Shown: positions 1-9,234, counted from the stretch's first letter. The stretch: 64,000 nt of DNA from Thermoanaerobaculia bacterium (GCA_038245905.1 JBBRRY010000005.1:1-64000), one strand, 5' to 3'. The notes: generated by a model not told the origin, from the letters alone. Numbers and translations: made by a program.

Positions 1-41
1 ACTCCGGCCGAGTTCGCCGCGGCCCACCGGGAGACGGCCGC

Positions 42-824
42 ATGATTTCCACATTTCCACGCAATCCACAGCGCGACGACTGCTACTATTTTCAACCAGG
101 AATCTCACACCCCGAGTGGATCAACCTTGGGGAGCAGGTCGTGCGCTCTGACCTTCGTAAACCGCGCATCGGACGGCCGTTCGCTCCAAAGAACAGCGGC
201 CTACCGAAAGGAACGCTCCACAAGAAGACCAAGGTCGGCATCGAAATCTGTCGTGCCATGGCGGGACATGCGGCCGATCGTCTGGCTCAGCTCGTCGATT
301 CCCGCAGTCCGCGCATCGCGTTCGAAGCGACTCGGCTCGTGCTCGCCTACGCGTGGGGAGCGCCGCGACAGACTGTCGAAGTCTCCGGTGCGTTCGGCGA
401 CTTCGCGAAGGAGATCAGCCTCGCTCTCGCGAATGTTCGGGAGCGCAGAGCCGAGCGGGACGCTCTGGCAGCCACTCCGGAAGCGCCGATACTCTCTGCT
501 GTAATCTCCGCAGCCGATCCAAGTGCTTCGGACCAAACAACTTATGCGTCACAGGCGGACGGAATCGTACGTGGGGTGTTCGAGGCTGAGGTAATTGACG
601 CGTCCGGCCGATCGACGGCTTCTGGCGAAAAAGCTGTGCAGCAGTCGCTAGGCGGGTCGATCGTCAAGGTCGAAGCTGAGCTACTCCCGCCCTCGGTCGA
701 CGTCACCCACACGATCCTCGGTGCGCCACCGACGATCCTAGACGCTGTTACGGTCGACGAGCGCAACCCCTACGCGACGGACGCGACCGGCGACGCGGCC
801 GAGAAGCGGCGGGCCGACCCATGA
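42..824 (+). CDS. Terminase small subunit-like protein (DUF5681-type)
   Basis: GRPFxPxNSGxPKG motif, then AxxxLxxL...AxxxVLxxAWGxPxQ; lies upstream of terL; start uncertain. Confidence 0.6.
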   Translation: MISTFPRNPQRDDCYYFQPGISHPEWINLGEQVVRSDLRKPRIGRPFAPKNSGLPKGTLHKKTKVGIEICRAMAGHAADRLAQLVDSRSPRIAFEATRLVLAYAWGAPRQTVEVSGAFGDFAKEISLALANVRERRAERDALAATPEAPILSAVISAADPSASDQTTYASQADGIVRGVFEAEVIDASGRSTASGEKAVQQSLGGSIVKVEAELLPPSVDVTHTILGAPPTILDAVTVDERNPYATDATGDAAEKRRADP

Positions 825-1288
825 GCGAGCCTGTCCGCACAGGAGCCGCTCTGGACGGTCGAAACGTCGAAGGAATCTCCGCCACGCGTACCCAAACTGT
901 ACCCAACCGAGTCTGCGGTAGCGAAGAAAACGTGACTGGCGCTGCGATTTCGCTCTCGGAGCAACGGTTTGAAGAACCGCGTCCCGCTTTGTCGGCCGTC
1001 TCCGGCGCTGCCGCTACCCCCCCGCCTCTCGGAGCCCGGGTACCGTGTCCGTTAGGCCGGAGCCGTAAACAGCCGTCTAACGGCTCGACCGGCCGCCTCG
1101 GGTGGAAGCACGACCCGACGCTTAAGGACGTCACCACGACGATCCTCCACGCGGCGCCGAGTGTCGTGGCGCTTAGGCCTAGCGCGGCTGACGGCGCCGG
1201 GGCGGCTGAGGCGGACGTTCTTTCGGAAGTGAAAGACCAGCCCGAGGAGGTCTCTCCTCGCACTGCTCGTCCGAGGCCGTCACGATGA
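821..1288 (+). CDS. Hypothetical low-complexity protein between terS and terL
   Basis: ATGA overlaps with both neighbours (821-824 and 1285-1288); no recognisable domain. Confidence 0.4.
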   Translation: MSEPVRTGAALDGRNVEGISATRTQTVPNRVCGSEENVTGAAISLSEQRFEEPRPALSAVSGAAATPPPLGARVPCPLGRSRKQPSNGSTGRLGWKHDPTLKDVTTTILHAAPSVVALRPSAADGAGAAEADVLSEVKDQPEEVSPRTARPRPSR

Positions 1289-2688
1289 GCGACGTTGCGC
1301 GCGATCTAGCCGAGCTTCTCGTCGAGACGCGCGACGATCCGCGTGCTTTCATCGAGCTTGTCCTGCGCGCATCGCTCCGTCGCTGGCAGGCGGAGGTGAG
1401 CGAGGAGATCCGCCTCAAGCTGGCGGGTGGCGAGCGGCACCTCGAGATCCTCGTCCGGTCGTGTCACGGTGCCGGGAAGACGTTCTACAGCGCCGGCCTC
1501 GCGCTCTGGTACACGTCGACCCGCCCCGGTTCGCGCGGGTTGACCACGGCGCCTTCGTGGCAAGCGGTGGAAGGACTTCTCTGGGTCGAAATCGAGAAGC
1601 TCTACCGGCAGTCGCTACTCGCCGCCGTAGGTGTCGGACGGCTTCTCTCGACGTCGATCGAGTTCGCGCCCGCGTGGGACCTAGTCGGACTTTCGAGCGA
1701 CCATCCACAGAATCTCGAAGGCCGACACGGCTCGTCCGCTGTCCGCGTTGTTGACGAAGCGAAGGCTGTCGACGAGGGCATTTTTGAAAGCACCGAAGGC
1801 TTGTTGGATGCCGAAGAGACGGCCGATATCTGGATCTCGACACCCTCAATCGCGGCCGGTGCGTTCTTCGATCGCGACATCAAGGGCGGGCCGCGCGTAC
1901 TTCGGCGCGTCATCACGATCGACGACCTCATCGCCGAGGGCCTGCCCGGTAAAGCCGCATGGAAGCAACGCCGGCTCGAGGCGTGGGGCGAGAACAGCCC
2001 GGCATACCAGACGCGCGCTCTGGCCCGCTACGCCTCGGACGCCGAGGGTGCGCTGTTTCCGTTCGCGTGGGTTGAGCGCGCGATTGAGGCGTCGTTCGTC
2101 GTCGTCGGCGCCCCGGTCGCTGGTCTCGACGTCGCGGGATCCGTGGCTGGTGATGAGACGGCGCTCGCACTCGTCTCGGGCCCGGACTCTGCGGGGCGAT
2201 ATCAAGTCCACGTCACGCACGGCTGGCAGGTTCGGGATACGCAGGAGAGCAAAGGTCGCGCGCTTCTTCTCGTGCGCGACGCAAATGCGCGCGTGCTGCG
2301 TGTCGACGTGATCGGGCTCGGCCAAGGCGTCGCCGACTCGATCGCTCAGGACTTCGAGAGGGTCGAGCGGTTTCGCGCGTCCGACCGACCGACAGATGCA
2401 GAGCGCTTCACGAACAAGAAGGCCGAGGTCGCGTGGTTCGTTCGCGATCTGCTCGAAAAGGGTCTGTTGCGGCTACCGGCCGACGTGACGCTGAGATCTC
2501 AGCTCGTCGCGATGAGGTACGAGGTCAACGCTCAGGGTCGGATCAGAGTGGTCGACCCGCACGACTCCCCCGACCGTCTCGACGCGGTTCTCATCGCCCT
2601 GTCGGGATTCTCGACGCAGTATCCCGACCTCGTCGCGAATCCACCGATGGTAATCCGCTCGGAAACCGCTGACTGGATGGCGGTGTGA
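1285..2688 (+). CDS. terL: Phage terminase large subunit
   Basis: LRRWQ Q-motif, VRSCHGAGKT Walker A, VVDEA Walker B, ISTP motif III, GLDVA nuclease motif, SPDRLDA C-terminal motif. Confidence 0.9.
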   Translation: MSDVARDLAELLVETRDDPRAFIELVLRASLRRWQAEVSEEIRLKLAGGERHLEILVRSCHGAGKTFYSAGLALWYTSTRPGSRGLTTAPSWQAVEGLLWVEIEKLYRQSLLAAVGVGRLLSTSIEFAPAWDLVGLSSDHPQNLEGRHGSSAVRVVDEAKAVDEGIFESTEGLLDAEETADIWISTPSIAAGAFFDRDIKGGPRVLRRVITIDDLIAEGLPGKAAWKQRRLEAWGENSPAYQTRALARYASDAEGALFPFAWVERAIEASFVVVGAPVAGLDVAGSVAGDETALALVSGPDSAGRYQVHVTHGWQVRDTQESKGRALLLVRDANARVLRVDVIGLGQGVADSIAQDFERVERFRASDRPTDAERFTNKKAEVAWFVRDLLEKGLLRLPADVTLRSQLVAMRYEVNAQGRIRVVDPHDSPDRLDAVLIALSGFSTQYPDLVANPPMVIRSETADWMAV

Positions 2689-2776
2689 GTGGCGACGGTC
2701 CCGCCCAGAGGCGGGAAAAGCCGTGGTGAACTGTCAGCGGCTCGACCGCGGGATCACCCTAGCGGGCCGAGGCGTG

Positions 2777-3262
2777 CTACTTCGTTGCGGGCTCCGCGGG
2801 CGTGGTGGCAGGTGCGGGAGATGGCGCAGCAGCTGTCGCCCACGTCGCCCGGAGCGCCTCGAGCTTGTTGTCCCGCGCCTCCTGGAAGCAGACGTTCCAC
2901 TGGAACTTCCCGAAGCCCTTGACCGAGTAGGGGGTGTCTCCAAACCCGCAGGATCCCTCGAAAGTGAACCGAGCGAGATCCTTCGGGTCCATCCAGCCAT
3001 GGTGCTCCCCGCTTCCAGCCGGATTCCGCAGGTACGCAACCGGAACTCTGCCGTCCTTCTCCTCGAACTGGTAGCTCACCGAGTGCGGCCACGACCTCAG
3101 GTAGCCCGAGACCGATTCACCCTGCTTCAACCTCCACTCGACCTTGTCCCCCTTCGATTCGGCGTACACCGGCGCATCGTCGCGGATTACGACCCCTCCT
3201 TGTCCTCGGGGAGCGGCGAGGACTGGGGATGCGAACAGGAGAAGGAGAGCGATCTTCCTCAT
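2777..3262 (-). CDS. Secreted hypothetical protein, possible SH3-like fold
   Basis: Signal peptide MRKIALLLLFASPVLA; DAPVY...L..GE.V and GWM pattern. Confidence 0.7.
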   Translation of the reverse strand: MRKIALLLLFASPVLAAPRGQGGVVIRDDAPVYAESKGDKVEWRLKQGESVSGYLRSWPHSVSYQFEEKDGRVPVAYLRNPAGSGEHHGWMDPKDLARFTFEGSCGFGDTPYSVKGFGKFQWNVCFQEARDNKLEALRATWATAAAPSPAPATTPAEPATK

Positions 3263-3265
3263 TCT

Positions 3266-3997
3266 CTACTTCAGACCGTCGGCAGTAACAACGTAGCGGA
3301 ACCGTTCGTTGCTCGCCTCTCTAACGGTGATCGCTATATCGCGGAAGCGGATCGTCTTGGAGTCGGCCCGATACACGAGGTTCTGCGTGTAGGCCGCACG
3401 GACGAGATCCTCAGGCGTGTATTCGCGGTAGAGCACATTGATCGAGTCCTTCGTCACGCCGCCGAAAATAAGCTCGAAGTTCTTCCACCCTTTGGATGTG
3501 TCGACCTTCTGAATCTTCGTCGTGCCGACGAACCGGACTGTTGGTGGATTCGCGTGGTAGGAGTAGCCCATTTTTGCACCGGCGTAATTGATCGCCGAGC
3601 CTTCGAGCGAACCGTCTTCGTTCAAGAGGAACTTGAGAATCGCCGCCTTTGGATCGTTGATCGCGATCACGCGGTAAGTCTTGCCGTTCTTTGTTGTTGT
3701 GCCACGGACTACGGCAGCCGTTCCAACAGGTACATCTGCATGAGAAAAGGGCGGCAGGGACAGCCTAAAAGCTTCGCTGGCCGCGAGGGCGTCTGTGGTT
3801 TGAGTGAACTCGTAGTAGTCCTTCACTTTCGCGATCGGTTCGCCCACGTACGCGGATCCTTCAACCCCGAGCGAGTAGTTCTTCTCGAACACGTGCTTCG
3901 ACTCGACGCTGACCTGTGGAGCGACAGGCTGAACGCTGCCGCAGCCATACATAGCGACCATGAGAACACTTGCAGCGAGCATCCGCGTACGAATCAC
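3266..3997 (-). CDS. Lipoprotein, hypothetical
   Basis: AGGAGGA before GTG at 3997; hydrophobic stretch ending MYGC; start could be 4024 or 3982. Confidence 0.7.
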   Translation of the reverse strand: MIRTRMLAASVLMVAMYGCGSVQPVAPQVSVESKHVFEKNYSLGVEGSAYVGEPIAKVKDYYEFTQTTDALAASEAFRLSLPPFSHADVPVGTAAVVRGTTTKNGKTYRVIAINDPKAAILKFLLNEDGSLEGSAINYAGAKMGYSYHANPPTVRFVGTTKIQKVDTSKGWKNFELIFGGVTKDSINVLYREYTPEDLVRAAYTQNLVYRADSKTIRFRDIAITVREASNERFRYVVTADGLK

Positions 3998-4131
3998 AAC
4001 TCCTCCTGTTCTCCGTCTCGTCATTGCGCCTCTAGCCTGTCGTCAGCGTGTTCGTGTCTGTGGCCGCGGTCCCGCCGCGAACTGCCCGAACCCGGTCTGC
4101 CTCGTGAATCCCGCGCGGGATGGATGGCGAT

Positions 4132-4584
4132 CTACTTCTGGATCGAATTAAGGATGAGGTTTTCGAGGACACCCTTGGACACGCACGCCACAACCGTGCG
4201 GTCTGCGCCAGCTGCGCGGGTCTCCTCAAACTCAGTCGTGACAGTCACAGTCGGCCTGTTGTCATTCGCATGAGGGATGAACACGTTGAAGCTGGCGCGA
4301 CGGCTGACAGGGCGGAAGGGAAACCCCGCCTTGCCACAGTCCATAACCGTAGCGTCGAACTCACCGAGGTAAACCCTCTCGGCGAAAATAACGCCGCTGG
4401 ACTTATCGATGGTCTTGACCTGAACGTTGTTTTTCGCGAACCAGGCCACAGCGTCCTCCCACACGAGGTCGTATGGCCTCGCGTAGGTGCCGGAGTTCTT
4501 CACCGCGTACTTACCTGGCCCACTACTCCCACAACTGGAAACCGCAACAGCGAATGCAATGAGTGCCAACCTCTTGAACATCAT
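4132..4584 (-). CDS. Lipoprotein, hypothetical
   Basis: AAGGAGG RBS; lipobox VSSC. Confidence 0.75.
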   Translation of the reverse strand: MMFKRLALIAFAVAVSSCGSSGPGKYAVKNSGTYARPYDLVWEDAVAWFAKNNVQVKTIDKSSGVIFAERVYLGEFDATVMDCGKAGFPFRPVSRRASFNVFIPHANDNRPTVTVTTEFEETRAAGADRTVVACVSKGVLENLILNSIQK

Positions 4585-4664
4585 TTCCTCCTTGTGCCTC
4601 GAGAATCTGTGTGTACAGGATTGTAAGCGGTCCGAACCATGGATGGGCGCGGACGGTGGCCGCT

Positions 4665-5147
4665 TCAGACGTGGATGCGCTGGATCCGATCTGCCTCGAC
4701 CACGTCGTTATCCAGCCTGCGGAGCGTGCTGAGGTAGACCCGCCGCTGGCCCGTTTTCTGTACCTTCCCGGCCGCGTTCCATGCGGGGGCGCCAGGCCCG
4801 TTATAGAACTGCTCGAACGAGCCGTCGCGAGAGAGCTTCCCGGCGATAAGGAAGTCGGCCACCTCTCTTGCGTCGAGGGCTATAACGACGCCCTGCGTCA
4901 CCTTCACCTGCACTTTGCGGCCGGACGTGAAGCACGCGCCGTCGTGGCGTGTGGCCGAAGACTTCGAGAGGTCGAGCCCGTAGTAGTAGGCCGCCAGCAC
5001 CTCGCCGATGCTCCCGACGAGGTGACCGTCCGGAGTGAAATGTCGATGCTGATCGCCAAAGCGAGCCTCAAGCTCGGACACCACGCCGTACAGCCGCTCC
5101 ATGAGCTTCGGGATCGCCGCGATGCTCTCTTCGGAGATCTCCTTCAT
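4665..5147 (-). CDS. DUF6998-like protein (possible PD-(D/E)xK nuclease fold)
   Basis: FTPDGHLVGSIGEV, HD and VQVK motifs. Confidence 0.7.
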   Translation of the reverse strand: MKEISEESIAAIPKLMERLYGVVSELEARFGDQHRHFTPDGHLVGSIGEVLAAYYYGLDLSKSSATRHDGACFTSGRKVQVKVTQGVVIALDAREVADFLIAGKLSRDGSFEQFYNGPGAPAWNAAGKVQKTGQRRVYLSTLRRLDNDVVEADRIQRIHV

Positions 5148-5162
5148 GGTCTAGCCACAATC

Positions 5163-5366
5163 TTATCGTCGCGCTTTCAGGCTCGCCACCGTCGCAAACC
5201 GGCCGAATCCCGTCGGCCTCGTACATCCCGGCGTCGGGCACTCGCGGAGGCCCTGGCCCTTCGTCGCTTGAACGAACGAGCGGCACGACCCGCAGTAGAA
5301 GTTGTCGCGCTCGGGAACGTAGCGCCCGCCGATCCGGGCCGGGGACGAGGCGGTGCCGGTGGACAT
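5163..5366 (-). CDS. Small zinc-ribbon protein
   Basis: CxxC (CGSC) and CPxxxC; TATCTT -10-like hexamer 7 nt before ATG. Confidence 0.5.
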   Translation of the reverse strand: MSTGTASSPARIGGRYVPERDNFYCGSCRSFVQATKGQGLRECPTPGCTRPTGFGRFATVASLKARR

Positions 5367-5455
5367 GGAGCAGAAGATAATAGGACTCGGCGAGAAGCGG
5401 AGACATGAATGCCGCGCATAGGTCTACCCTTAGAAGCGCAATCGTCGGAGGAAAG

Positions 5456-5560
5456 ATGACGAGCTTCGACCGCTACCCGCTCGCGACCCTTGAAGGCTGG
5501 TTCGAGGGGGGGCGGCCGCCCGCGAAGGTGCTCAAGATCGTGGAGGAAGAGCGGCTCTAG
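5456..5560 (+). CDS. 34-aa truncated HTH-like peptide (not in ORF track)
   Basis: GGAGGAAAG RBS; MTSFDRYPLATLEGWFEGGRPPAKVLKIVEEERL resembles an Xre/Cro recognition helix. Confidence 0.35.
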   Translation: MTSFDRYPLATLEGWFEGGRPPAKVLKIVEEERL

Positions 5561-5618
5561 CGATTTTCTCGGTGCGCTCCGGCCCAAATGGCACTAGGTT
5601 TTCTCGAAGGAGGTTCTA

Positions 5619-6122
5619 ATGCTCGCAGTCCTCGTACTCCTCGCCGCGAGTGACGCCGCAATCAAGCCCGCCCCGACGCCGACCCCCGTCGTCGTCGAGA
5701 AGGCCGGAATCGGACAGACGCGAACCCTCGCGGACGTAGCGCGGGAGCGAAAGCTCGGCAAGAAGGGAGTCGCAGGCGGGACGATGTCCGTCGCCGGGGC
5801 GTCGGGCGGGTCGGAAACGCAGGTCAAGGCCCAGAACGCGAAGATGCAGGCCGAATACGACGCCACGGACGCCGCATGGCAGGCTCGCTTCGACGCGACG
5901 AAGAAGGAACTGTCGCTAGCGCAAGCGTCACTCGCGCAGGCAGACGCGACGATGCCGAACGTGGTGTCCTTCGGACGGCCCGGCGCGGCCCACGCGATCG
6001 CGCTTGAGGCGCGGGAAGGTGCGCTTCTGCCCTACCGGATGCGGGTGAAGGACGCCGAGGCGGCGATGGCCGCACTTCGCGAGGAGGCGTCGAGGGCGGG
6101 CGTTCCGGGATTAGTACGGTGA
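5619..6122 (+). CDS. Secreted coiled-coil hypothetical protein
   Basis: AAGGAGG RBS, signal peptide, TLADVARERK motif. Confidence 0.7.
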   Translation: MLAVLVLLAASDAAIKPAPTPTPVVVEKAGIGQTRTLADVARERKLGKKGVAGGTMSVAGASGGSETQVKAQNAKMQAEYDATDAAWQARFDATKKELSLAQASLAQADATMPNVVSFGRPGAAHAIALEAREGALLPYRMRVKDAEAAMAALREEASRAGVPGLVR

Positions 6123-6511
6123 ACAGCGGCGCCGAGTTCCTCGTCGGACTCGTTTTCTTCGCGCTTTTTCTTGCCGTCCTCTGGGCGATTTCGTCGATCA
6201 ACGGTAACGTGCGCAAGATCCGCGAGCATCTGGACGCGATGCAACCAAGGGCTCCGGTTTCAGGCGCACACCTGCCCGTCGCTCCCACACAGGCTTTCAG
6301 AGAGAAGCTTGAGGAACAAGATGCGACTGGTACCACGCCAGTCGCCGCCCCGGCCGCTGCATCGCCAGCCGACACCCAGCCGACCCCCGCCGAGATGCGC
6401 GAAAAGTTCCCGGTTCGCCGATCGGTCCCTGCGACCCCGCGGGCGCCGTGGGAGCCAGAGCCCGGCTCAAGCCCGGCGAAGCGGCCCCCGACCGGGATCT
6501 TGAAACTCTAG
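6119..6511 (+). CDS. Membrane-anchored hypothetical protein
   Basis: GTGA overlap with upstream stop; N-terminal TM helix; Pro/Ala-rich tail. Confidence 0.6.
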   Translation: MNSGAEFLVGLVFFALFLAVLWAISSINGNVRKIREHLDAMQPRAPVSGAHLPVAPTQAFREKLEEQDATGTTPVAAPAAASPADTQPTPAEMREKFPVRRSVPATPRAPWEPEPGSSPAKRPPTGILKL

Positions 6512-6650
6512 GAGCTGGCCGCCGCCTACCGGGCGAAGACGTTAAATCCTCAGACGGAGAGCCATTGAAATGCGAGGTGGAGCAAAACCTCAATGAAGAG
6601 CGTGGCGGGTCGCGTTATAGAGAGGCCTCTCTGGACGCCTCTGTCGGCCT

Positions 6651-6687
6651 TCGCCAACCACAAGCGACTTGTGTTATAGTGGCATCG
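6651..6687 (+). promoter_or_regulatory. Extended -10 promoter with overlapping palindrome
   Basis: TGnTATAGT at 6672-6680, 7 nt before ATG 6688; CACAAG-cga-CTTGTG at 6659-6673. Confidence 0.55.
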
Positions 6688-6863
6688 ATGAACAAGAAAG
6701 ACTTATCGGCTTACCTGGCGAAGATCGGATCGAAAGGTGGCCGCGCCGGTACCGGAAAGGCGAAGCTCCGAGGCGACACCGCGTATTACCGCGCGATCTC
6801 GAAGAAAGCCGCCGCGGCTCGAAAGGCGAAGGCGTCGAATAAGCGGGGGGGCGGAAGCCGTGA
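6688..6863 (+). CDS. Small basic KGG-motif putative DNA-binding protein, apparently frameshifted at a G7 tract
   Basis: MNKKDLSAYLAKIGSKGG...YYRAISKKAAAARK; as sequenced it reads through to 7176, while G8 or G5 would stop it at TGA 6861-6863. Confidence 0.5.
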
Positions 6864-7228
6864 AGAAGAAGACACAGAAGGGACTGCCTCAGAAGATCGA
6901 CGCCGGGGACCGCGTGGGCGCCGACGGCCTCTTCGTCGGGCACGCTATCTTTCACGGCGAGCCGGGCGCGCTCCAGCTCTCCTTCGGGAGCGATTGGAAC
7001 GAGCTGCTCGTCCGGAAGAAGGATGCCAACGCGATTCTCCGAGGATCAGACGAGGCGTTCCGTCTTGCGATGGCGGAGAAGATCGTCGCGTCGGGCGCAG
7101 CGATGCTCCATTTTTGGGTGAAGCCGTCCGAGGACGGCGACGCGGTCAACGTTCTGGACTGTGCGCCGGGCTGTGAGAACGCGGCCGAGGCGCGCTTGTT
7201 CTTAGGTCCGACGAAGGGCGTCTCGTGA
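6860..7228 (+). CDS. Hypothetical protein
   Basis: GTG start after G-rich RBS; GTGA overlap with next gene. Confidence 0.5.
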   Translation: MKKKTQKGLPQKIDAGDRVGADGLFVGHAIFHGEPGALQLSFGSDWNELLVRKKDANAILRGSDEAFRLAMAEKIVASGAAMLHFWVKPSEDGDAVNVLDCAPGCENAAEARLFLGPTKGVS

Positions 7229-7647
7229 GACGCCCCCCCGGTTTCTCGTTCTCCTTGCGCGTCGCGATCGGACTCTCGGCGCTGCTGCTCTTCGCGGCCG
7301 CGTCCGCCGCCGCTCAAACGCAGACGCTCTCTGACGTCGCGGTGAATCGGACGCTCGTGAAAGGTACGAAGATCGAAGCGCCTGGCGTCTACATCGAGAT
7401 CACAGGTGCCAAGGGCGAGCAGGAGCCCGTCTACCGTCCCGAGCAGGTCAGCGCTGGCGATCGCGAGCCGGAATGGGGCGGACACTACTACGACGCAGCT
7501 CCGCAGTATGGCTACGTCACGTCGCAGTACGGTTACGGCGGCGATCGCGGTACCCGGGTCTCGCGATCCTACGGTGGACGCAGCGAAGGCCGCTTTGCTG
7601 GCGGCTACGGCGGGCACGGAGCGGGTCGTGGCAGAGGTCACCGATGA
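7225..7647 (+). CDS. Secreted Gly/Tyr-rich hypothetical protein
   Basis: Signal peptide, QTLSDVA motif, G/Y/R-rich tail. Confidence 0.6.
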   Translation: MRRPPGFSFSLRVAIGLSALLLFAAASAAAQTQTLSDVAVNRTLVKGTKIEAPGVYIEITGAKGEQEPVYRPEQVSAGDREPEWGGHYYDAAPQYGYVTSQYGYGGDRGTRVSRSYGGRSEGRFAGGYGGHGAGRGRGHR

Positions 7648-7681
7648 AGCGCCTCCTTTCGTCGGCTCCGGTGGGCCTGGC

Positions 7682-8026
7682 ATGAACACGATCAAGAAAA
7701 TTCTGACCGCCAGCGGATTAGTCCTCGTCTGGATCTGCGGACTCGTCTTCATTCCCACCGATCTCAACTTGGTCCAGACCGCAATCCTCATCGGAATTCC
7801 TGTCCTCATCGCGGTTCTCGTCAAGGTCACGCACGATGAATTTTGTCCGTACAAAACGACGGCGGAACACGACGGCTACTTTGGAGAAGCGCGCGGCCAC
7901 AGAGGGCGCTTCTACCCGAAGTGCAAGCTGTGCGTTGACCTCGTGAGAACCGGGAGTGTCGATACGAACGACTCGGGAGCCGATAAGGCGCTTCGGCACG
8001 ACGCTCGAAAGAAGGAGGTCCGCTGA
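7682..8026 (+). CDS. Two-TM membrane protein with Cys/His-rich tail
   Basis: Two hydrophobic helices, then H...C...H...CxxC; TGATG overlap with integrase; start uncertain. Confidence 0.5.
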   Translation: MNTIKKILTASGLVLVWICGLVFIPTDLNLVQTAILIGIPVLIAVLVKVTHDEFCPYKTTAEHDGYFGEARGHRGRFYPKCKLCVDLVRTGSVDTNDSGADKALRHDARKKEVR

Positions 8027-9234
8027 TGGCTCACCACAAGGGATTCGCCGACGGTATCGCTCGCTCCCGTAACGGCCGCTGGAAACTCTTCATCCGCGTC
8101 AACAAACGCCGTATCAAGCGGACCTTTTCTACGCGGGAGGAAGCCGAACGCGTTCGCGACAACCTCCGGGGACGGCAGAAGCTTCAGAGCCTCGGCGTTC
8201 CGCTGGCTCAGAAGGCCGCATTCGTCGTGAAGACGGTCGGTAGCGTGCTCGACGCCTACGCCTTAGAGCGCGAGACCCTTTCTGTCGCAGCAGAGCCACG
8301 TCACGATATCCAGCAGGCGAAGGCTTACTTCGTCGCGTGGTGCGGCGAGCATCGCGAGGCGGACCTCACGCGGAAGGACCTAGTCGATTTCGTCGGGTGG
8401 ATGAAGAAGAACACCAATTCGAAGGGCCGGGTCATCCACAACGCGATCGTCATCCTGCGAACTGCGTTCAAGCTGGCCGACATTCCCGTACCGCCGAAGC
8501 CGCCTCTGGAGCTTCCAGAGCGGCAGCGTAAGACGCTCGCGAAGGCGGACGTCGAGAAGCTCCTCCGCGAGCTTCCGCTCGGTTCCGTTGCGCGCACGGC
8601 CGTCGAGATCGGGCTCCGCACCGCGGCGAGAGAGTCGGAGATCCGGCGCATTCGCGTCGGTGACGTCGATCTCTCGCGTGAAACGCTCGTCTTGCGCCGC
8701 GGGAAGGGGAAGCGCGGTCGTCGCGGGAGCGAGGAGATCGTGCCGCTCCCACAAGTACTGGTGAAGGTGCTTCGCGCCTACATGATCGGTCTACCGGCCG
8801 ACCTCGCCACGGACGCGCCGCTACTGGCTGTCGAGAGCACCCGTCGCGGCGTCGGCGCCGGACGGCATGCGCTCTTTGTCGGCTCACTACGCCGCGAGCT
8901 GGAGACCGCATGCAAGGCGGCGGGCGTCCCGACGAGGACGACGGTCGGCTGGACGCGCGCCGAGGCGACGACGCTCGGGCGCGAGAACGGAGCGACCCTG
9001 AGAGAAGCGTCGCTCGCCGCAGGACACGCCGACGAAAGGGTCACGCTCGACCACTACGACGAGTCCGAGAAGCGCACGACAGAGAAGTGGGACGTCCGCC
9101 GACGGGTCGGCGCTCAGATGGATAGAATCCTTCCTTTCGTGGGGCCGAAATCGGTAGAGAAGGTAGGGGTCACTTTGGGTACACTCGTGAGCGAAAGTGA
9201 CCCTAGTCCGTCCCTCACGCGCGGAGCTAAGTAA
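8026..9234 (+). CDS. Tyrosine recombinase/integrase
   Basis: N-terminal arm-binding-like domain (RTFSTREEA), TAARESE catalytic Arg, AGH...TLDHY; adjacent to tRNA. Confidence 0.85.
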   Translation: MAHHKGFADGIARSRNGRWKLFIRVNKRRIKRTFSTREEAERVRDNLRGRQKLQSLGVPLAQKAAFVVKTVGSVLDAYALERETLSVAAEPRHDIQQAKAYFVAWCGEHREADLTRKDLVDFVGWMKKNTNSKGRVIHNAIVILRTAFKLADIPVPPKPPLELPERQRKTLAKADVEKLLRELPLGSVARTAVEIGLRTAARESEIRRIRVGDVDLSRETLVLRRGKGKRGRRGSEEIVPLPQVLVKVLRAYMIGLPADLATDAPLLAVESTRRGVGAGRHALFVGSLRRELETACKAAGVPTRTTVGWTRAEATTLGRENGATLREASLAAGHADERVTLDHYDESEKRTTEKWDVRRRVGAQMDRILPFVGPKSVEKVGVTLGTLVSESDPSPSLTRGAK

